The position numbers and the translations under genes were made by a program. Shown piece by piece: positions 58,707-64,000 of a stretch of 64,000 nucleotides of DNA (position 1 is the first letter of the stretch; every line of letters begins with the position of its first letter). The stretch comes from Candidatus Babeliales bacterium. GTDB taxonomy: Bacteria; Babelota; Babeliae; Babelales; JANWKD01. Where the stretch lies: assembly GCA_963722075.1 (NCBI GenBank), contig CAVRJM010000001.1, positions 1,184,001-1,248,000 of the forward strand, read 5' to 3'. The notes below the pieces were generated by a model. The model worked only from the letters and a program-made list of their open reading frames with translations. It was not told the origin of the DNA and did not search any database.

Positions 58707-59150
58707 TTACTTTTTGCGCGGTTTAATTTTCTTGCTAAAATACTCTTGACTAAATTCTTCACTGGTTTGGTATCCGTCTACTTCTCCTTCACCATCTTGA
58801 TAGCGAATAGAATTGTTCTTCTTGCAGCATTGAGAAAATGTTTTTGCCATCTCACAACTGCGAAATATACAACATGATACTATCCCTACCGAAAGACCGA
58901 AGACGCTTCCCGTGAATAAAACCAGGGGATCTATATCCGTATATTTATAAAATACTAACGCTTCTAGCGTTACTGCTGCGGTAAGAGAAGTTCCTGCGCC
59001 GAATATTTTCCATAGCCACGCCACTTGAGCAGACCGTTGACTATTAGAGGCAGTTGAATCAACCGTATAATCTTCATCTATATATGGTTCCATTCCATAG
59101 TTAAGAGTGCTATAAAAAAATAAACAAACAAGAAAAAAGTTTTTTTTCAT
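58707..59150 (-). CDS. Hypothetical secreted protein with two-TM hairpin
   Basis: Likely start MKKNFF after AAGGGG; signal ending NYG|ME; bilobed hydrophobic segment. Confidence 0.6.
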   Translation of the reverse strand: MKKNFFLVCLFFYSTLNYGMEPYIDEDYTVDSTASNSQRSAQVAWLWKIFGAGTSLTAAVTLEALVFYKYTDIDPLVLFTGSVFGLSVGIVSCCIFRSCEMAKTFSQCCKKNNSIRYQDGEGEVDGYQTSEEFSQEYFSKKIKPRKK

Positions 59151-59262
59151 TATGATCCCCTTTTTATTTGCCCTAAAATCTCTATTAGTATATTTCTTCT
59201 GATGAGATAAAATCAGCAATTTAAAAAGAAGAGGTATATTTTTCGTTTGTAGCTTTATTTTA

Positions 59263-59988
59263 TTATTTTAAAATTGTTTGTTTGATTTCAAAAATTTTCT
59301 TAAAAAGTTCAAGGTCTTCTTGATGAGTAAATACAAAATATACTTTTTTAATGAAATGGTGCTTTCGTTGTGTTTCATTGATAATCGTCTTTATAGCAAT
59401 TTCAGCGGCTTCTTGTTTGGGGAATCCATAAATGCCACTTGAAATAAAGGGGAAGGCTATAGATTCATTCTCTTTATATTCCCCGGCAGATCGAAAGGCT
59501 TCTTGGTAACAATTAATTAAAATCTGCTGTGCCTGTTTTTTATCTGAATAAGCCGAATAAATAGGCCCCACCGCATGTACAATGAACTTAATGCCGTAAT
59601 TAGCTTCTAAATTAAAACTCGGTGTTATAACGGCTTCTCCTGGCTCTATGCCTTTAGGAAAATGAGTTTTAATATATTCTTCTAGGGCGTGTGTTTTGCC
59701 TTGTGCAGCTTCAAAAATGGCGCCACAAACGCCGCCACCAGGTAATAGGTATTTATTGGCTGCATTTACAATAGCATCAATTGGCAACGTAGTAATATCT
59801 TTTTTGATCAATACAAAAGTAACCTTATTGATAATGAATTCATACTGATTAGCTGGTTGCGCTGTTGAGGCAACGGATTGGTGTTGAATAAGATATTCAG
59901 GATCTTTATGATGAAGTGCAAAATCAGGAAGAATGGCATGAGCGGTTTTAAATAAATGCAAAAAGAAAATAAATGTTAAAGATTTCAT
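59263..59988 (-). CDS. Macro-domain (MacroD-type ADP-ribose hydrolase) protein with signal peptide
   Basis: DAIVNAAN..L.PGGGVCGAI, HAVGP, AFPFISSGIYGFP. Confidence 0.88.
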   Translation of the reverse strand: MKSLTFIFFLHLFKTAHAILPDFALHHKDPEYLIQHQSVASTAQPANQYEFIINKVTFVLIKKDITTLPIDAIVNAANKYLLPGGGVCGAIFEAAQGKTHALEEYIKTHFPKGIEPGEAVITPSFNLEANYGIKFIVHAVGPIYSAYSDKKQAQQILINCYQEAFRSAGEYKENESIAFPFISSGIYGFPKQEAAEIAIKTIINETQRKHHFIKKVYFVFTHQEDLELFKKIFEIKQTILK

Positions 59989-60112
59989 GATATCACCATT
60001 AAAAAAAACTAATTATTATTTCAGTATAGTTTCTATAAGAAGAAAAGAAAAATGGGTGTACTATTATGGATACAAAATAATTGTTTAAAAAAATAATAAA
60101 AAGGATTGAGAC

Positions 60113-61426
60113 TTGATTATTGATTATGCGAGCTCTTTAGTGCCAATAGCGGACTGCAAAAAACGGTTTGATACGTTATTGCCTGAAATTAATATCTGTA
60201 AAAAGATTATACAAGATCTTGATTATTCTTCTGGATATTCGTTTCTTAACTTGCCGCAACAAAACATAAAACCGATTATAGAAACAATTAATCAAAAAAA
60301 AGCATTAAAGCCGTCACTGCTCATTGTTATAGGTATTGGTGGGTCAAATTTGGGAACATTGGCGGTGCAGGAAGCATTATATGGAAAATTATATAATGAT
60401 AGTAATCCAGAAATAAAAATATATTATGCCGATACGGTTGATACAGAATATATGACCGCTTTACTAACGATAATGGAAAGCTACTTATCTCAACAAAAAG
60501 TAATCTTATTAAACGTGGTAACTAAATCAGGAACTACTACCGAGACGGTTGCCAATTTTGAGGTATTACTGGAGGTATTAATTAAATACTATCCAACTAA
60601 TTATCGTGATCATGTAGTAGTAACAACTGATAAAGATTCATTATTGTGGAATAAAACAATGGAAGAAGGATATACGCTTCTAGAGATACCACGCTTTGTT
60701 GGTGGTCGTTATTCAGTATTAAGCGTCGTTGGTTTATTTCCATTGGGGATGATCGGATGCGATATACAACAATTGCTCGCTGGGGCTCAATCGATGCTTG
60801 ATCGATGTACTTCTGCTACTTTTGAAGAAAATAAGGCGGCAACTACCGCAACTATTATGTATGAACAATATAAGCAATGCATTACAATACAAGACATGTT
60901 TTTATTTGTACTACAATTGGAAGGCTTGGGAAAATGGTATCGACAATTAATGGGTGAAAGTATCGGCAAAGAATTTGATAAGCATGATAATAAGGTTGAA
61001 ATCGGCATAACGCCTACGGTGTCAATTGGTTCAATTGATTTACATTCGGTGGGACAACTTTATTTAGGTGGTCCACATGATAAAAATAGTACTTTTGTTT
61101 CAGTCGAAAAGCACAAGAATAATCTTCTGGTACCAGCTGATGCTTCATTTGATACCTTGGTTCCGGGCATTAATAATAAATCTTTTGCTGAAATTATGGA
61201 TGCTATTTTGCAAGGCGTAAAAAAGGCATACCAAAAGCAACGAAGACCATTCATATCGATAACATTATCTGAATGCAATGAGTATTATATAGGTCAATTT
61301 TTACAATATAAAATGATAGAAATGGTGTATTTAGGTTACTTACTCAATATAAATCCTTTTGATCAACCAAACGTAGAATTATATAAAAAAGAAACGCGTA
61401 CCATTTTAAATAAAACAATTGTTTAA
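60113..61426 (+). CDS. pgi: Glucose-6-phosphate isomerase
   Basis: GIGGSNLG, TKSGTT.ET, VGGRYSV, QLMGESIGK, DLHSVGQ, PFDQPNVELYK. Confidence 0.93.
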   Translation: MIIDYASSLVPIADCKKRFDTLLPEINICKKIIQDLDYSSGYSFLNLPQQNIKPIIETINQKKALKPSLLIVIGIGGSNLGTLAVQEALYGKLYNDSNPEIKIYYADTVDTEYMTALLTIMESYLSQQKVILLNVVTKSGTTTETVANFEVLLEVLIKYYPTNYRDHVVVTTDKDSLLWNKTMEEGYTLLEIPRFVGGRYSVLSVVGLFPLGMIGCDIQQLLAGAQSMLDRCTSATFEENKAATTATIMYEQYKQCITIQDMFLFVLQLEGLGKWYRQLMGESIGKEFDKHDNKVEIGITPTVSIGSIDLHSVGQLYLGGPHDKNSTFVSVEKHKNNLLVPADASFDTLVPGINNKSFAEIMDAILQGVKKAYQKQRRPFISITLSECNEYYIGQFLQYKMIEMVYLGYLLNINPFDQPNVELYKKETRTILNKTIV

Positions 61427-61542
61427 GTGTTTAAATTATTGCATACCCTTTATCTAACGATATACTCTTTTAATATTAAACAGGGCAAATGCATTAATGT
61501 TAAATATTTAAGCTAAAAAAATTAAAAAGTTTAATTTTTAAT

Positions 61543-61621
61543 CTGGATCCCCACGCTGCGCTCGGGACGACGATAGTGGAAAACAAAAGACGTTGTTGCG
61601 AGCTTGTCGAAGCAATCCAGC
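61543..61621. repeat. Two back-to-back half REP/RPE-like arms
   Basis: CTGGATCCCCACGCTGCGCTCGGGACGAC (right arm, 47113 type), then GTTGTTGCGAGCTTGTCGAAGCAATCCAG (left arm, 17120 type). Confidence 0.7.
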
Positions 61622-61708
61622 ATTCTATTTAAACCTTTTGAATTCGATACTTTAAATGCGTTTACACCCTGGTACTAATCATTAATTATTTGCAAAAATG
61701 AGTTTTGT

Positions 61709-63127
61709 ATGGGTAATACGGGAATAACTAATAACGATGGTTTATTTATACTATTTGGTGCTACGGGTGATTTATCAAAACGACGAATTCTTCCAGCATT
61801 GTATGCATTAAGTTTTCAACATAAAATAGGAAACATTTCTATAATCGGGGTAGGGTTAGAAGACCGCTCTTCTTTAGAAGTAATAAATGCAAGTAAGCAG
61901 TATATTGAACATCTGGATTCGGCACATTGGGCAGCTTTTGAATCTAGATTTTTTTACTATCAAATGGATATAACAAAATCAACTGAATTTCAACAATTTA
62001 AACAATTTATTGAGCATCATGAAAAAGAGCATTCTTTTTTGGGTAATCGGTTGATATATTTAGCAGTTCATCCCAAATTTTTTGCGCCCATAACGCAACA
62101 ACTAGCGCAAATAAATCTTATCCAAAAAATGGCAAACTTGTCTGATACACCTTGGTGCCGCGTTGCATATGAAAAACCGTTTGGCCTTGATAAAAAATCT
62201 GCTCATGAAATAAATGAAACCATCGCGCATTATTTGCAAGAATTTCAGATATTTCGAGTTGATCATTATCTAGCCAAGGATATTATTGGCACTTTAGCTT
62301 TGCTACGCTTTACCAATTGCATTTTTGAGCCATTGTGGAATCATGAGCATATTGATTGGATTGAAATTGCATTAAGTGAGACAGTTGCAATGGGTGGTAG
62401 AGGTACTTTTTATGACGCCTGTGGTGCGCTTAAAGATGTAGTGCAAAATCATATGTTGCAAATTGTTGCCTTACTTGCGATGGAAGCTCCTGAATTCTTG
62501 AGTGGTGATTACATTCGTGAACAAAAATCACTCATTTTAAAAAAAATTGAGCCTGTGGATGGTTTTCTGGCGCAATATGATGGATATAGAGTTGAAGATG
62601 GGGTAAGGCCCAATTCAACTACCGAAACCTTTGCAGCACTTAAATTATTAATTCATACACCGCGATGGAAAGATGTTCCGTTTTATTTAAGAACGGGCAA
62701 AGCATTAAACAAAAAAGAAACTATTATTACTATTCAATTTAAACCAGTTACCTGCTTATTAAGTACCAATTGCCCCAGCAATGCTGATTACCTTTCTATA
62801 AGAGTAATGCCTGAACCAGGATTTTCTATTATGTTAAATGTTAAAAAACCGGGTATGAAAATTGAAGTGATGCCAGTTGAAATGGATTTTTGTTATGAAT
62901 GTAAATTTGGCGAAATACCCGAAAATGTATATCAACTAGTACTACAAGAATTATTTATAGGCGAACAAGGGATATCGGTGCGCTTTGATGAAGTTGAGCG
63001 TGCTTGGGAGATCATTGATAAGGTAAAAAAATTATCATTACCATTGTATCATTATGAAAAAGGCACTCAAGGGCCACGAGAATTGTATGAATTTGCTCAA
63101 AAAAATAAAATGAAATGGCGATTATGA
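61709..63127 (+). CDS. zwf: Glucose-6-phosphate 1-dehydrogenase
   Basis: FGATGDL, EKPFG, RVDHYLAK, DVVQNHMLQ, PFYLRTGK. Confidence 0.96.
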   Translation: MGNTGITNNDGLFILFGATGDLSKRRILPALYALSFQHKIGNISIIGVGLEDRSSLEVINASKQYIEHLDSAHWAAFESRFFYYQMDITKSTEFQQFKQFIEHHEKEHSFLGNRLIYLAVHPKFFAPITQQLAQINLIQKMANLSDTPWCRVAYEKPFGLDKKSAHEINETIAHYLQEFQIFRVDHYLAKDIIGTLALLRFTNCIFEPLWNHEHIDWIEIALSETVAMGGRGTFYDACGALKDVVQNHMLQIVALLAMEAPEFLSGDYIREQKSLILKKIEPVDGFLAQYDGYRVEDGVRPNSTTETFAALKLLIHTPRWKDVPFYLRTGKALNKKETIITIQFKPVTCLLSTNCPSNADYLSIRVMPEPGFSIMLNVKKPGMKIEVMPVEMDFCYECKFGEIPENVYQLVLQELFIGEQGISVRFDEVERAWEIIDKVKKLSLPLYHYEKGTQGPRELYEFAQKNKMKWRL

Positions 63128-64000
63128 AAATTGGTATTATTGGGCTGGGTAAAATGGGCAATGTGCTGGTGTATCGCTTAAAAAAAGCACACTTTGAAGT
63201 GGTGGGATTTGACCCTCAATTAAAAGCCCGTACTGCTATTAATAAATATGGTGCAAGCACTGTTTCTTCGATCGAAATGATTTCTGCGCATGCGCGCATT
63301 ATATGGTTGATGGTGCCAGCTGGGGCCGCGGTTGATGCTGTTTTAAAAGAATTAGAGCCGCATTTAAAAAAGGGCGATATTATTATCGATGGTGGTAATA
63401 GTTACTTTAAAGATTCAATAAAACATGCGCAGCAATTAAAAAAAAGGGAATTCATTTTATTGATTGCGGCACTTCTGGTGGTCTTGCAGGTAAGAAAAAG
63501 GGTTTTTCCTTAATGATAGGAGGAGATGAAAAAATTTTTAATTATCTAGAGCCACTCTTTAAAGCATTAGCTGCTCCTAAGGGATATGGGTATATGGGCG
63601 ATTCAGGTGCAGGGCATTACGTTAAAATGGTACATAATGGTATTGAGTATGCATTATTACAAGCATACGCAGAAGGATTTCATTTATTAAAAAATGGTTC
63701 TTATAAGGATTTAGATTTAGAAAAAATAACCGGCGTATGGGACCATGGTTCCATTATTCGTTCGTGGATTTTGCATTTGGCTCATGATATTTTTAAAAAA
63801 GATCAGCAATTGAAAGATGTGGTAGGCATAATACAGGAGAGTGGTATGGGGCAGTGGACGGTGGATGAAGCGCATGAAAAAAAGATTCCCGTAAAGCTAA
63901 TCGAAGATGCTTTAACAATTCGTGCATGGTCACGTGAAACTGGTGGTGATTATGCTACTAAAGTGGTTGCCTTACTGCGGCATGCTTTTGGCGGACATGC
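63124..64000 (+). CDS. gnd: 6-phosphogluconate dehydrogenase (short decarboxylating type), frameshifted at A8 run 63438-63445, truncated by the window edge
   Basis: IGLGKMG, LMVPAG and IDGGNS, then in the -1 frame DCGTSGG, GAGHYVKMVHNGIEY and LRHAFGGH. Confidence 0.9.

Overview
AT-rich bacterial chromosome segment. The gene content (many orphan signal-peptide proteins, ankyrin proteins, T2SS pseudopilins, giant fibres) suggests an intracellular parasite of protists such as Ca. Dependentiae/Babelota (TM6); this is an inference, not a taxonomic search. Housekeeping genes: comEC (partial), glnA, ybeY, alaS, murE, an Ala/Gly symporter, ruvX, tsaB, a capA-like gene, phrB, tmRNA, pgi, zwf and gnd. 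A gspF-G-H-I-J-K operon runs into a long mlaD. herA carries two frameshifts; ruvX and gnd are each broken at an A8 run. Downstream of tmRNA lies an accessory region with a Fic gene, a diverged second copy of the tmRNA promoter and 5' domain, two IS4-superfamily elements with TIRs and 6-bp TSDs, two paralogous Cys-Cys-stalk/beta-helix/beta-propeller proteins, a rarA remnant and a 3738-aa fibre with a C1q-like tip. The best candidate for an undescribed system is a cluster of secreted proteins at 30.0-36.3 kb (three ankyrin proteins, one tail-anchored protein, one acidic protein) that all carry LIR/AIM-like (ATG8-binding) motifs in acidic context. In addition, 11 secreted orphan proteins across the window have a predicted mature N-terminus of Met-[D/E/N/Q].
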